In this document: positions 34,176 through 47,900 of the stretch, in pieces
Position numbering within the stretch: the first letter of the stretch is position 1
Layout: the number at the start of each line of letters is the position of its first letter
Assembly (NCBI GenBank): GCA_051530055.1
Contig: CM121341.1
Coordinates: 10,084,784-10,148,783 of the forward strand
Reading direction: 5' to 3'
Length of the DNA: 64,000 nt
DNA from: Neoechinorhynchus agilis
Lineage: Eukaryota > Animalia > Acanthocephala
The notes under the pieces: model-generated
Told to the model about the DNA's origin: nothing
Databases searched by the model: none
Seen by the model: only the letters and a program-made list of their open reading frames with translations
Made by a program: the position numbers and the translations under genes

Positions 34176-35082
34176 AAATCATTCACACCACCGCTCTGGA
34201 TCACTCAGCTGCCGTCCTGGTGTAATGGTCAAAAGGGGCGAATGCAGCGTTCCCTCGTTGCTGTGACAGACTTATGTTTTGTGGGAGGAATGCTCTCGAT
34301 CTCGGACCGCCAGTGATTCGTCTCAACCTCTTAGACAATTGCTTGACCAGGTCCTGCGCCGCGGTACTAAACGACCCGAATGCCTCGGCGCCAAAGGAAA
34401 CTATATGAAGATTTCGACTCAGGTCCGTGTATTTCGTCCATTTGCGAGCCATGGAAGCGATTGCTGATCCCCTGGTTTAGTAGCGGAGACCACGGCAACC
34501 ATCCTGACCTGTGATCATGACAAAAACTCAAACCGAAGATCAGTAGAACTTTGTTTTGTAAAATGCATTTTTACACTGGGCAAACGCTTAAGGTACGACA
34601 AATGCGTTAATTTTAGACTTTGCGTTCCCAAAAAAAGTCCTAAAACGATAGAATAATTTTCAGCGCTCCAATTTCGAAGCGTGAGTGATAGCGATCAGAG
34701 TACCACAAGCAATACGAACACCACACCTGGAGTCTCCGTGCTGAACTTTATGGAACAATCGCATCAACGACAGAATACCGATTTCTCATTATGGTGAGAT
34801 TCGGCGACTACGTTCAAGACGCATGAAGCTCAATTTTTTCATCATTTTCATCTCCGAAGGCGAAATCTTGAAACTCACTTCTGTGCGGTGACAGAGCAAC
34901 CAATTCATTGATGGTTGTGATTTGCGGTTATTTAAATGCCACTGATGAATTCGTTCGATTCAATCTTCGGTATAAAAGAATAAATATTTTGTTTACCTTG
35001 GTGACTTAGGTGAAGGATCTAAAAAATCGAAGTTTTTAGGAACCACACGAAGCACAGTTTCACCAATTTTATGGTTAGGGAA
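34176..35082 (-). mobile_element. 907-bp duplicated unit (copy 1): CRE-like 3' tail (~34176-34510) plus ~570 bp of unassigned sequence
   Basis: Near-identical to 37267-38173. It encodes ARKWTKY.DLSRNLHIVSFGAEAFG...QNISL..QRGNAA on the minus strand. Confidence 0.85.
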
Positions 35083-35218
35083 TCGTGTATCTTCGGAAAA
35101 AAAGCGAAAAAGGCGAGTAGAAAAGTGTTGCCCTTATAAAGGAAAAGCGCAAGAAGCGTCCACGATTTGATCGACTTTTTTGATGATTGTTTCCGCCGTC
35201 ATGGTTATTCGAAATGGA

Positions 35219-35353
35219 CCACTAAATGCTTCCAATGAAACCAGATTAAAAGCACAGAACGCATTCTTAAATTAAAGAATAAAAGATAATTAAAGAAGAG
35301 GAATTTAGCTCAAAAATTACCGAAAGGACGTAGAACAACTGCTCAAAATTGCA
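35219..35353. repeat. 135-bp direct repeat, right copy
   Basis: Identical by eye to 32440-32574. Confidence 0.95.
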
Positions 35354-36530
35354 CTCTAAAAACAAAATCAAGCTAATCATTCAGGTGTAAATAACAAATT
35401 TCGAAAGCCTTTAACGAAATCTATCTGAATTAAAGGGTAATCACTGTAAGTGAAGCGATTTTAAGATGGATCGCTCAGAATCACTTTTATCGCGATTAGA
35501 CCGGCACTGATTACAACCTCAATCGCTTAGATTTAAAACGCATGTGATTAATTCCAGCAAAAATGCCGATATCTGCAGTTGGAAACTTCAGGCTTCAATG
35601 CAACATTTTATAATGTTGCATTCTAGTCCCCTTGAAAGGTGGAGATGTTCGAAATTCAATGATTTTAGGCCTAAAAATTGCATGATAAAAATATCTGAAG
35701 TAATAACCTTGTAAAATACAGCGTTTTCCATATTTCGTTTACTTTTAAAAGTAACGAAAATAATTTTCTAAAAATCATCAATTTAGCGCTCAATATTGTC
35801 TAGCGATTTTTCCATTAAAATGGGGACGTGAATGTTAATCCGCTTGTGGAAATTCGATTTCAAATCGATACATTGATATCTTTTATTTTCACAATAAATG
35901 AATTCTTAAATTCACACGCGCAATTGCGTGAAGATTTTTTAATGATTAATTATCGATGCAGCCTCATTGATTTGATGACATTGAACTAAGAAGTATTTAT
36001 GTTTGACGATTATTTCCATCTCAAACCGAGACGCACTCAATTCTCACATGATTCGATCATTTCTACAGAAAATTAATTCTAAGAATGTTCAGCCCTCCTC
36101 AAGGCAAAAGTATCAGTTTGCTGACTTCGATCCATCGATTTTTTTAGATTTAACGCTTTCAAATCAGCAGAACTAAAGTTCGAAATCATCATTTTAATCC
36201 AAGTTCGATGACGAGACAAATCCGCTTAAGCAAAATGAGAGAACGCAAAAAATCTATGGGAAGTATCGTTTTTTCGCAACGAAATGTTACAGAATTCCTT
36301 ACGTTAAAAAACAAAAGATTCAATGATTTGTATTTTTTGTCTTAAACGCAAAAAGCATTCGCGTCAATAAATATCGAGAATTGATATGTCAACAATAAAT
36401 ATGTTTCACTAACAAATAACCTAATATTTGTGACTGCTTGAGATGATGTTAAGCTGAACGGCGGTACCCTTGTTGAACCAAGAAACTAACGAAACGAAAT
36501 ACCAATTTCTATTATTCGCAAACCAAAAAT

Positions 36531-36947
36531 ATGGCGCAAAACGGAAACAGTCAATCATTTGGTACTGATCAATTCTCCGATATGGATCATGCTTATTTAG
36601 AAACTACCTATCAAGAAAATCCGATGCCTGATGAGGAAAGGATTAATGGAATCGCGCAGTTTCTTGGAAAACATCCCGGATCGGTTCGAATTTGGTATTA
36701 TTTTAGAAGATGTCGTATGGTGGATCCGAGTACTTCACTAAGACAACTTTTGAATTACATTATCAGTGCAAGAATTGCTCAACGATTGGAAGTTCATCGG
36801 CAATTCGTGCCTCAATTCTTTTTGAATTCGTATTTGCCTCCAAGACCGCCCGAGAATGGATTAATTGAACCCGGTGAGCTGTTTCGGCAGTACGAGAGGA
36901 CAATACAAATAGAAAGCGATTCCGAGAGCGACAGTTCAGAGGAGTAG
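36531..36947 (+). CDS. Divergent homeodomain protein (138 aa), intronless
   Basis: Gap-free homeodomain register (~36552-36731): F8, L16, E17, Y20, N23, P26, I34, A35, L38, G39, V45, I47, W48, R52, R53. It has an acidic Ser/Glu/Asp C-tail. Confidence 0.75.
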   Translation: MAQNGNSQSFGTDQFSDMDHAYLETTYQENPMPDEERINGIAQFLGKHPGSVRIWYYFRRCRMVDPSTSLRQLLNYIISARIAQRLEVHRQFVPQFFLNSYLPPRPPENGLIEPGELFRQYERTIQIESDSESDSSEE

Positions 36948-37266
36948 CAAATTAGGATAGTACATTATTTAAAAGAATATTTATTATTTCTATATATTGA
37001 TCGCGATCCTCGGTAGATCCATGACAATATTAAATAAGGCGCTTTGAAGGTAAAAATACCGGATTCTCGGGAGTTCGGAAAATACTTAAACCTTTATTGT
37101 AGGTAAATTTAAACAAAGTTTGGCTCCAAATAAAATCTTGAAATACTAACCGTATTTGTAACCGCAAGGTCACAGTTCTGAGGTCAAATATATGAAAAAT
37201 ATGTTTTTTTAAGAAGTGCTATATTTACACAGAAAAGTTTGTATATTGGGTAATGTTTTCTACATG

Positions 37267-38173
37267 AAATCATTCACACCACCGCTCTGGATCACTCAGC
37301 TGTCGTCCTGGTGTAATGGTCAAAAGGGGCGAATGCAGCGTTCCCTCGTTGCTGTGACAGACTTATGTTTTGTGGGAGGAATGCTCTTGATATCGGATCG
37401 CCAGTGATTCGTCTCAACCTCTTAGACAATTGCTTGACCAGGTCCTGCGCCGCGGTACTAAACGACCCGAATGCCTCGGCGCCAAAGGAAACTATATGAA
37501 GATTTCGACTCAGGTCCGTGTATTTCGTCCATTTGCGAGCCATGGAAGCGATTGCTGATCCCCTGGTTTAGTAGCGGAGACCACGGCAACCACCCTGACC
37601 TGTGATCATGACAAAAACTCAAATCGAAGATCAGTAGAACTTTGTTTTGTAAAATGCATTTTTACACTGGGCAAACGCTTAAGGTACGACAAATGCGTTA
37701 ATTTTAGACTTTGCGTTCCCAAAAAAAGTCCAAAAACGATAGCATAATTTTCAGCGCTCCAATTTCGAAGCGTGAGTGATAGCGATCAGAGTACCACAAG
37801 CAATACGAACACCACACCTGGAGTCTCCGTGCTGAACTTTATGGAACAATCGCATCAACGACAGAATACCGATTTCTCATTATGGTGAGATTCGGCGACT
37901 ACGTTCAAGACGCATGAAGCTCAATTTTTTCATCATTTTCATCTCCGAAGACGAAATCTTGAAACTCACTTCAGTGCGGTGACAGAGCAACCAATTCATT
38001 GATGGTTGTGATTTGCGGTTATTTAAATGCCACTGATGAATTCGTTCGATTCAATCTTCGGTATAAAAGAATAAATATTTTGTTTACCTTGGTGACTTAG
38101 GTGAAGGATCTAAAAAATCGAAGTTTTTAGGAACCACACGAAGCACAGTTTCACCAATTTTATGGTTAGGGAA
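37267..38173 (-). mobile_element. 907-bp duplicated unit (copy 2)
   Basis: Near-identical to 34176-35082 (offset 3091 bp). Confidence 0.85.
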
Positions 38174-38905
38174 AAGGTGACAATGCGACGGAGAGTTCTG
38201 AAGTCCAAGAACTTCTCAACAAGAGGGACGAACTTTCCCAAACTTCAAATCTCCACGCGCCTTTGTAGATTATCCTGAGCTTAAGCCGAAAGATAGCGAA
38301 AGCTCGAAAGTAGAGATTTTCTTTATCATTACAACATCGTTCTCTCTCCCAAGTGTCCATTTTCGAAAACAAAACTTGATCATGCGGCTTGAAAATCAAG
38401 TAGCATTTCAAATGAGATTACTTCAAAATGTAAAAGATCAAATTTAATCACGCGTCTGCGATCATTAAAATTCCTGATAAAAAAAGCATGATAGCTCCAT
38501 CGCCTGGAAGCAACTTAGGCCGTGATACAACACCGTCGTTTGGATTAAACGCAATATTTAAGTAATAATAGTCTCTTGGGAAATCATTCTTCTTTTTGAA
38601 ATAGGTGTGTATTCGCACAAAAGCAATCCAAGGAAAAATGATACCAAGACAGCCGTCAACTAGTAACCGATTCCTTCTCGTTTCCCCGAGTGATGTAACC
38701 GGACTAATTTTCTCTTTCCATTTAAAGCTCGGATTCCTAGTATTCTTTGCCTGTAACCATAAGTCAGGCAACATTTGAATAAGCTGCACTCTCGGTCGAT
38801 AAGTGTATGTGTCGAGTTTAAAGTGCCATTGTTGCTAGAAGGTACGCCGCATATATAAATATAAATCTGGACTAGTTCTCAAATAAGGCAATGTAAGTAC
38901 GACTT

Positions 38906-41900
38906 AATGTTTTTTTAGAAAGCCGTGATTTAAAAGGTTCGTTTGAGTATTACCCCATTTTTCGTTCAGGTGAAAATAAGGATCTTAGTACTGAGGAGAC
39001 GGTGGTTTACTTGAGGAATTATGGAAAATGAGATGCTTTTTTAATGCCGATTTTAATCTCAATTTTATATTTTTTAAGACTGCAACAGAAAATGTTTTTT
39101 AGAAACTCGTGATTTAAATGGGTTCGTTTGAGTATTAACCGCTTTTTCGTTCAGGTTAAAATGAGATTTTGAGCACTAAGGAGTCGGTGACTTACTTGAG
39201 GAATTAGGGAAAATTAGATCCTCTTTTAAAACTGTGTAGGTTCTAATCTCAGTATTATTTTTGGTTAACAGAAAATGGTGAAAGGAACTCGTGATCAAGA
39301 AAAGGGTTCGTTTGAGTGTTAACCCTTTTTTTCATTCGGGTAGAAAAAAAGGATCTTAGTACTAAGGAGACGGTGGTTTACTTGAGGAATTGGGGAAAAT
39401 AAGATCCTCTTTTTAATGCCGATTTTAATCTCAATTTTATATTTTCTTAAGATTGCAACAGAAAATGTTTTTTAGAAACTCGTGATTAAAAAGGGTTCGT
39501 TTGAGTGTTAACCCTTTTTTTCGTTCAGGTGAAAATAAGGATCTTAGTACTGAGAACTCGGTGGTTTACTTGAGAAATTACGGAAAATGAGATGCTTTTT
39601 TAATGCCGATTTTAATCTCAATTTTATATTTTTTTAAGACTGCAACAGAAAATGTTTTTTAAAAGTCGTGATTTAAAAGGTTCGTTTGAGTATTACCCCT
39701 TTTTTTCGTTCAGGTAAAAATAAGGATCTTAGCACTGAGGAGACGGTGGTTTACTTGAGGAATTATGGAAAATGAGATGCTTTTTTAATGCCGATTTTAA
39801 TCTCAATTTTATATTTTTTAAGGCCCATAAGAAAATGTTTTTAGAAACTCGTGATTTAAAAGGGTTCGTTTGAGTGTTAACCCTTTTTTCGTTCAGGTTA
39901 AAATGAAGATTTGAGCACTAAGGAGTCGGTGGTTTACTTGAGGAATTAGGGAAAATTAGATCCTCTTTTTAAACTGTCGATTCTAATCTCAACTTAATAT
40001 TTTTTTAGGATTGCAACAGAAAATGTTTTTTAGAAACTCGTGATTTAAAAGGGTTCGTTTGAGTGTTAACCCTTTTTTTCGTTCAGGTGAAAATAAGGAT
40101 CTTAGTACTGAGGAGTCGGTGGTTTACTTGAGGAATTATGGAAAATGAGATGCTTTTTTAATGCCGATTTTAATCTCAATTTTATATTTTTTTAAGACTG
40201 CAACAGAAAATGTTTTTTAGAAACTCGTGATTTAAAAGGGTTCGTTTGAGTGTTAACCCTTTTTTCGTTCAGGTGAAAATAAGGATCTTAGTACTAAGGA
40301 GACGGTGGTTTACTTGAGGAATTATGGAAAATGAGATGCTTTTTTAATGCCGATTTTAATCTCAATTTTATATTTTTTTAAGACTGCAACAGAAAATGTT
40401 TTTTAGAAAGTCGTGATTTAAAAGGTTCGTTTGAGTATTACCCCTTTTTTTCGTTCAGGTGAAAATAAGGATCTTAGCACTGAGGAGACGGTGGTTTACT
40501 TGAGGAATTATGGAAAATGAGATGCTTTTTTAATGCCGATTTTAATCTCAATTTTATATTTTTTTAAGACTGCAACAGAAAATGTTTTTTAGAAACTCGT
40601 GATTTAAATGGGTTCGTTTGAGTATTAACCCTTTTTCGTTCAGGTTAAAATGAAGATTTGAGCACTAAGGAGTCGGTGACTTACTTGAGGAATTAGGGAA
40701 AATTAGATCCTCTTTTTAAACTGTCGATTCTAATCTCAACTTAATATTTTTTTAGGATTGCAACAGAAAATGTTTTTTAGAAACTCGTGATTTAAATGGG
40801 TTCGTTTGAGTATTAACCCTTTTTCGTTCAGGTTAAAATGAAGATTTGAGCACTAAGGAGTCGGTGACTTACTTGAGGAATTAGGGAAAAATTAGATCCC
40901 CCTCTTTTTAAACTGTCGATTCTAATCTCAACTTAATATTTTTTTAGGATTGCAACAGAAAATGTTTTTTAGAAACTCGTGATTAAAAAGGGTTCGTTTG
41001 AGTGTTAACCCTTTTTTTCGTTCAGGTGAAAAAAAGGATCTTAGTACTAAGGAGACGGTGGTTTACTTGAGGAATTGGGGAAAATAAGATCCTCTTTTTA
41101 ATGCCGATTTTAATCTCAATTTTATATATTCTTAAGATTGCAACAGAAAATGTTTTTTAGAAAGCCATGAATTAAAAGGTTCGTTTGAGTATTACCCCAT
41201 TTTTCGTTCAGGTGAAAATAAGGATCTTAGCACTGAGGAGACGGTGGTTTACTTGAGGAATTATGGAAAATGAGATGCTTTTTTAATGCCGATTTTAATC
41301 TCAATTTTATATTTTTTTAAGACTGCAACAGAAAATGTTTTTTAGAAAGTCGTGATTTAAAAGGTTCGTTTGAGTATTACCCCTTTTTTTCGTTCAGGTG
41401 AAAATAAGGATCTTAGTACTGAGGAGATGGTGGTTTACTTGAGGAATTATGGAAAATGAGATGCTTTTTTAATGCCGATTTTAATCTCAATTTTATATTT
41501 TTTAAGATTGCAACAGAAAATGTTTTTTAGAAACTCGTGATTTAAAAGGGTTCGTTTTAGTATTAACCCTTTTTCGTTCAGGTTAAAATGAAGATTTGAG
41601 CACTAAGTAGTCGGTGACTTACTTGAGGAATTAGGGAAAATTAGATCCTCTTTTTAAACTGTCGATTCTAATCTCAATTTAATATTAAGTTTTTTAAGAT
41701 TGCAACAGAAAATGTTTTTTAGAAACTCGTGATTTAAAAGGTTCGTTTGAGTATTACCCCTTTTTTTCGTATTTAAAAGGTTCGTTTGAGTATTACCCCA
41801 TTTTTTCGTTCAGGTGAAAATAAGGATCTTAGAACTGAGGAGACGGTGGTTTACTTGAGGAATTATGGAAAATGAGATGCTTTTTTTAAACTGCCGATTT

Positions 41901-44900
41901 CAATCTCAATTTTATATTTTTTTAAGACTGCAACAGAAAATGTTTTTTAGAAACTCGTGATTTAAAAGGGTTCGTTTGAGTGTTAACCCTTTTTTTCGTT
42001 CAGGTGAAAAAAAGGATCTTAGTACTGAGGAGTCGGTGGTTTACTTGAGGAATTAGGGAAAAGAGATGCTTTTTTAATGCCGATTTTAATCTCAATTTTA
42101 TATTTTTTAAGATTGCAACAGAAAATGTTTTTTAGAAACTCGTGATTTAAAAGGGTTCGTTTGAGTATTAACCCTTTTTCGTTCAGGTTAAAATGAAGAT
42201 TTGAGCACTAAGGAGTCGGTGACTTACTTGAGGAATTAGGGAAAATTAGATCCTCTTTTTAAACTGTCGATTCTAATCTCAACTTAATATTTTTTTAGGA
42301 TTGCAACAGAAAATGTTTTTTAGAAACTCGTGATTTAAAAGGGTTCGTTTGAGTGTTAACCCTTTTTTTCGTTCAGGTGAAAATAAGGATCTTAGTACTA
42401 AGGAGTCGGTGGTTTACTTGAGGAATTATGGAAAATGAGATGCTTTTTTAATGCCGATTTTAATCTCAATTTTATATTTTTTAAGATTGCAACAGAAAAT
42501 GTTTTTTAGAAACTCGTGATTTAAAAGGGTTCGTTTGAGTGTTAACCCTTTTTTTCGTTCAGGTGAAAAAAAGGATCTTAGTACTAAGGAGACGGTGGTT
42601 TACTTGAGGAATTGGGGAAAATAAGATCCTCTTTTTAATGCCGATTTTAATCTCAATTTTATATTTTCTTAAGATTGCAACAGAAAATGTTTTTTAGAAA
42701 CTCGTGATTAAAAAGGGTTCGTTTGAGTGTTAACCCTTTTTTTCGTTCAGGTGAAAATAAGGATCTTAGTACTGAGAACTCGGTGGTTTACTTGAGAAAT
42801 TACGGAAAATGAGATGCTTTTTTAAACTGTCGATTTTAATCTCAATTTTATATTTTCTTAAGATTGCAACAGAAAATGTTTTTTAGAAAGCCATGAATTA
42901 AAAGGTTCGTTTGAGTATTACCCCATTTTTCGTTCAGGTGAAAATAAGGATCTTAGCACTGAGGAGACGGTGGTTTACTTGAGGAATTGGGGAAAATGAG
43001 ATGCTTTTTTAATGCCGATTTTAATCTCAATTTTATATTTTTTAAAGACTGCAACAGAAAATGTTTTTTAGAAAGTCGTGATTTAAAAGGTTCGTTTGAG
43101 TATTACCCCTTTTTTTCGTTCAGGTGAAAATAAGGATCTTAGCACTGAGGAGACGGTGGTTTACTTGAGGAATTATGGAAAATGAGATGCTTTTTTAATG
43201 CCGATTTTAATCTCAATTTTATATTTTTTAAGATTGCAACAGAAAATGTTTTTTAGAAACTCGTGATTTAAAAGGGTTCGTTTGAGTATTAACCCTTTTT
43301 CGTTCAGGTTAAAATGAAGATTTGAGCACTAAGGAGTCGGTGACTTACTTGAGGAATTAGGGAAAATTAGATCCTCTTTTTAAACTGTCGATTCTAATCT
43401 CAATTTAATATTAAGTTTTTTAAGATTGCAACAGAAAATGTTTTTTAGAAACTCGTGATTTAAAAGGTTCGTTTGAGTATTACCCCTTTTTTTCGTCCAG
43501 GTGAAAATAAGGATCTTAGTACTGAGGAGACGGTGGTTTACTTGAGGAATTGAGGAAAATGAGATGCTTTTTTTAAACTGTCGATTTCAATCTCAATTTT
43601 ATATTTTCTTAAGATTGCAACAGAAAATGTTTTTTAGAAAGCCGTAATTTAAAAGGTTCGTTTGAGTGTTACCCCATTTTTTCGTTCCGGTGAAAATAGG
43701 GATCTTAGTACTGAGGAGTCGGTGGTTTACTTGAGGAATTTGGGAATTGAGATGCTTTTTTAATGCCGATTTTAATCTCAATTTTATATTTTTTAAGATT
43801 GCAACAGAAAATGTTTTTTAGAAACTCGTGATTTAAAAGGGTTCGTTTGAGTATTAACCCTTTTTTCGTTCAGGTTAAAATGAAGATTTGAGCACTAAGG
43901 AGTCGGTGACTTACTTGAGGAATTAGGGAAAATTAGATCCTCTTTTTAAACTGTCGGTTCTAATCTCAATTTAATATTAAATTTTTTAAAGATTGCGACA
44001 GAAAATGTTTTTTAGAAAGTCGTGATTTAAAAGGTTCGTTTGAGTATTACCCCATTTTTCGTTCAGGTGAAAATAAGGATCTTAGTACTGAGGAGACGGT
44101 GGTTTACTTGAGGAATTAGGGAAAATGTGATGCTTTTTTTAAACTGTCGATTTTAATCTCAATTTTATATTTTCTTAAGATTGCAACAGAAAATGTTTTT
44201 AGAAAGTCGTGATTTAAAAGGTTTGTTTGAGTATTACCCCTTTTTTCGTTCAGGTGAAAATGAAGATTTTAGTACTAAGGAGTCGGTCATTTACTTAAGA
44301 AATTAGGGAAAATTAGATCCTCTTTTTAAACTGTCGATTCTAATCTCAACTTAATATTTTTTAAAGATTGCAACAGAAAATGTTTTTTAGAAAGCCGTAA
44401 TTTAAAAGGTTCGTTTGAGTATTACCCATTTTTTTCGTTCAGGTGAAAATAAGGATCTTAGTACTGAGGAGACGGTGGTTTACTTGAGGAATTATGGAAA
44501 ATGAGATGCTATTTTAAAAATGCCGATTTTAATCTCAATTTTATATTTTTTAAGATTGCAACAGAAAATGTTTTTTAGAAAGTCGTGATTTAAAAGGTTT
44601 GTTTGAGTATTACCCCTTTTTTCGTTCAGGTGAAAATGAAGATTTTAGTACTAAGGAGTCGGTCATTTACTTAAGAAATTAGGGAAAATTAGATCCTCTT
44701 TTTAAACTGTCGATTCTAATCTCAACTTAATATTTTTTAAAGATTGCAACAGAAAATGTTTTTTAGAAAGCCGTGATTTAAAAGGTTCGTTTGAGTATTA
44801 CCCCTTTTTTTCGTTCAGGTGAAAATAAGGATCTTAGTACTGAGGAGACGGTGGTTTACTTGAGGAATTAGGGAAAATGAGATGCTTTTTTAATGCCGAT

Positions 44901-47900
44901 TTTAATCTCAATTTTATATTTTTTAAGATTGCAACAGAAAATGTTTTTTAGAAACTCGTGATTTAAAAGGGTTCGTTTGAGTATTAACCCTTTTTCGTTC
45001 AGGTTAAAATGAAGATTTGAGCACTAAGGAGTCGGTGACTTACTTGAGGAATTAGGGAAAATTAGATCCTCTTTTTAAACTGTCGATTCTAATCTCAATT
45101 TAATATTTTTTTAGGATTGCAACAGAAAATGTTTTTTAGAAACTCGTGATTTAAAAGGTTCGTTTGAGTATTAACCCTTTTTTTCGTTCAGGTGAAAATA
45201 AGGATCTTAGTACTGAGGAGTCGGTGGTTTACTTGAGGAATTATGGAAAATGAGATGCTTTTTTAAAATGCCGATTTTAATCTCAATTTTATATTTTTTT
45301 AAGATTGCAACAGAAAATGTTTTTTAGAAACTCGTGATTTAAAAGGGTTCGTTTGAGTGTTAACCCTTCCTTTTTCGTTCAGGTTAAAATGAAGATTTGA
45401 GCACTAAGGAGTCGGTGACTTACTTGAGGAATTAGGGAAAATTAGATCCTCTTTTTAAACTGTCGTTCTAATCTCAATTTAATATTAAGTTTTTTAAGAT
45501 TGCAACAGAAAATGTTTTTTAGAAACTCGTGATTTAAAAGGGTTCGTTTGAGTGTTAACCCTTTTTTTCGTTCAGGTGAAAAAAAGGATCTTAGTACTGA
45601 GGAGTCGGTTGTGTACTTGAGGAATTAGGGAATTGAGATGCTTTTTTAATGCCGATTTTAATCTCAATTTTATATTTTTTAAAATTGCAACAGAAAATGT
45701 TTTTTAGAAACTCGTGATTTAAAAGGGTTCGTTTGAGTATTAACCCTTTTTCGTTCAGGTTAAAATGAAGATTTGAGCACTAAGGAGTCGGTGACTTACT
45801 TGAGGAATTAGGGAAGATTAGATCCTCTTTTTAAACTGTCGATTCTAATCTCAACTTAATATTTTTTTAGGATTGCAACAGAAAATGTTTTTTAGAAACT
45901 CGTGATTAAAAAGGGTTCGTTTGAGTGTTAACCCTTTTTTTCGTTCAGGTGAAAAAAAGGATCTTAGTACTAAGGAGACGGTGGTTTACTTGAGGAATTG
46001 GGGAAAATAAGATCCTCTTTTTAATGCCGATTTTAATCTCAATTTTATATTTTCTTAAGATTGCAACAGAAAATGTTTTTTAGAAACTCGTGATTAAAAA
46101 GAGTTCGTTTGAGTGTTAACCCTTTTTTCGTTCAGGTGAAAATAAGGATCTTAGTACTGAGAACTCGGTGGTTTACTTGAGAAATTACGGAAAATGAGAT
46201 GCTTTTTTAAACTGTCGATTTTAATCTCAATTTTATATTTTCTTAAGATTGCAACAGAAAATGTTTTTTAGAAAGCCATGAATTAAAAGGTTCGTTTGAG
46301 TATTTCCCCATTTTTCGTTCAGGTGAAAATAAGGATCTTAGCACTGAGGAGACGGTGGTTTACTTGAGGAATTATGGAAAATGAGATGCTTTTTTAATGC
46401 CGATTTTAATCTCAATTTTATATTTTTTAAGATTGCAACAGAAAATGTTTTTTAGAAACTCGTGATTAAAAAGGGTTCGTTTGAGTGTTAACCCTTTTTT
46501 TCGTTCAGGTGAAAATAAGGATCTTAGTACTGAGAACTCGGTGGTTTACTTGAGAAATTACGGAAAATGAGATGCTTTTTTAAACTGTCGATTTTAATCT
46601 CAATTTTATATTTTTTAAGATTGCAACAGAAAATGTTTTTTAGAAACTCGTGATTTAAAAGGTTCGTTTGAGTATTACCCCTTTTTTTCGTCCAGGTGAA
46701 AATAAGGATCTTAGTACTGAGGAGACGGTGGTTTACTTGAGGAATTGAGGAAAATGAGATGCTTTTTTTAAACTGTCGATTTCAATCTCAATTTTATATT
46801 TTTTTAAGATTGCAACAGAAAATGTTTTTTAGAAAGCCGTAATTTAAAAGGTTCGTTTGAGTGTTACCCCATTTTTTCGTTCCGGTGAAAATAGGGATCT
46901 TAGTACTGAGGAGTCGGTGGTTTACTTGAGAAATTTGGGAATTGAGATGCTTTTTTAATGCCGATTTTAATCTCAATTTTATATTTTTTAAGATTGTAAC
47001 AGAAAATGTTTTTTAGAAACTCGTGATTTAAAAGGGTTCGTTTGAGTATTAACCCTTTTTTCGTTCAGGTTAAAATGAAGATTTGAGCACTAAGGAGTCG
47101 GTGACTTACTTGAGGAATTAGGGAAAATTAGATCCTCTTTTTTAAACTGTCGGTTCTAATCTCAATTTAATATTAAATTTTTTAAAGATTGCGACAGAAA
47201 ATGTTTTTTAGAAAGTCGTGATTTAAAAGGTTCGTTTGAGTATTACCCCATTTTTCGTTCAGGTGAAAATAAGGATCTTAGTACTGAGGAGTCGGTGATT
47301 TACTTGAGAAATTACGGAAAATGAGATGCTTTTTTTAAACTGTCGATTTTAATCTCAATTTTATATTTTTTAAGATTGCAACAGAAAATGTTTTTTAGAA
47401 AGTCGTGATTTAAAAGGTTTGTTTGAGTATTACCCCTTTTTTCGTTCAGGTGAAAATGAAGATTTTAGTACTAAGGAGTCGGTCATTTACTTAAGAAATT
47501 AGGGAAAATTAGATCCTCTTTTTAAACTGTCGATTCTAATCTCAACTTAATATTTTTTAAAGATTGCAACAGAAAATGTTTTTTAGAAAGCCGTAATTTA
47601 AAAGGTTCGTTTGAGTATTACCCATTTTTTTCGTTCAGGTGAAAATAAGGATCTTAGTACTGAGGAGACGGTGGTTTACTTGAGGAATTATGGAAAATGA
47701 GATGCTATTTTAAAAATGCCGATTTTAATCTCAATTTTATATTTTTTAAGATTGCAACAGAAAATGTTTTTTAGAAAGTCGTGATTTAAAAGGTTTGTTT
47801 GAGTATTACCCCTTTTTTCGTTCAGGTGAAAATGAAGATTTTAGTACTAAGGAGTCGGTCATTTACTTAAGAAATTAGGGAAAATTAGATCCTCTTTTTA

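Noticed and set aside
38166-38789. Two minus-strand ORFs beside the satellite
   Set aside because: No recognisable motifs and no confident splice structure.
43599-46976. Duplicate 60-aa ORFs (also those at 200-712 and 59669-59875)
   Set aside because: Chance ORFs within satellites.
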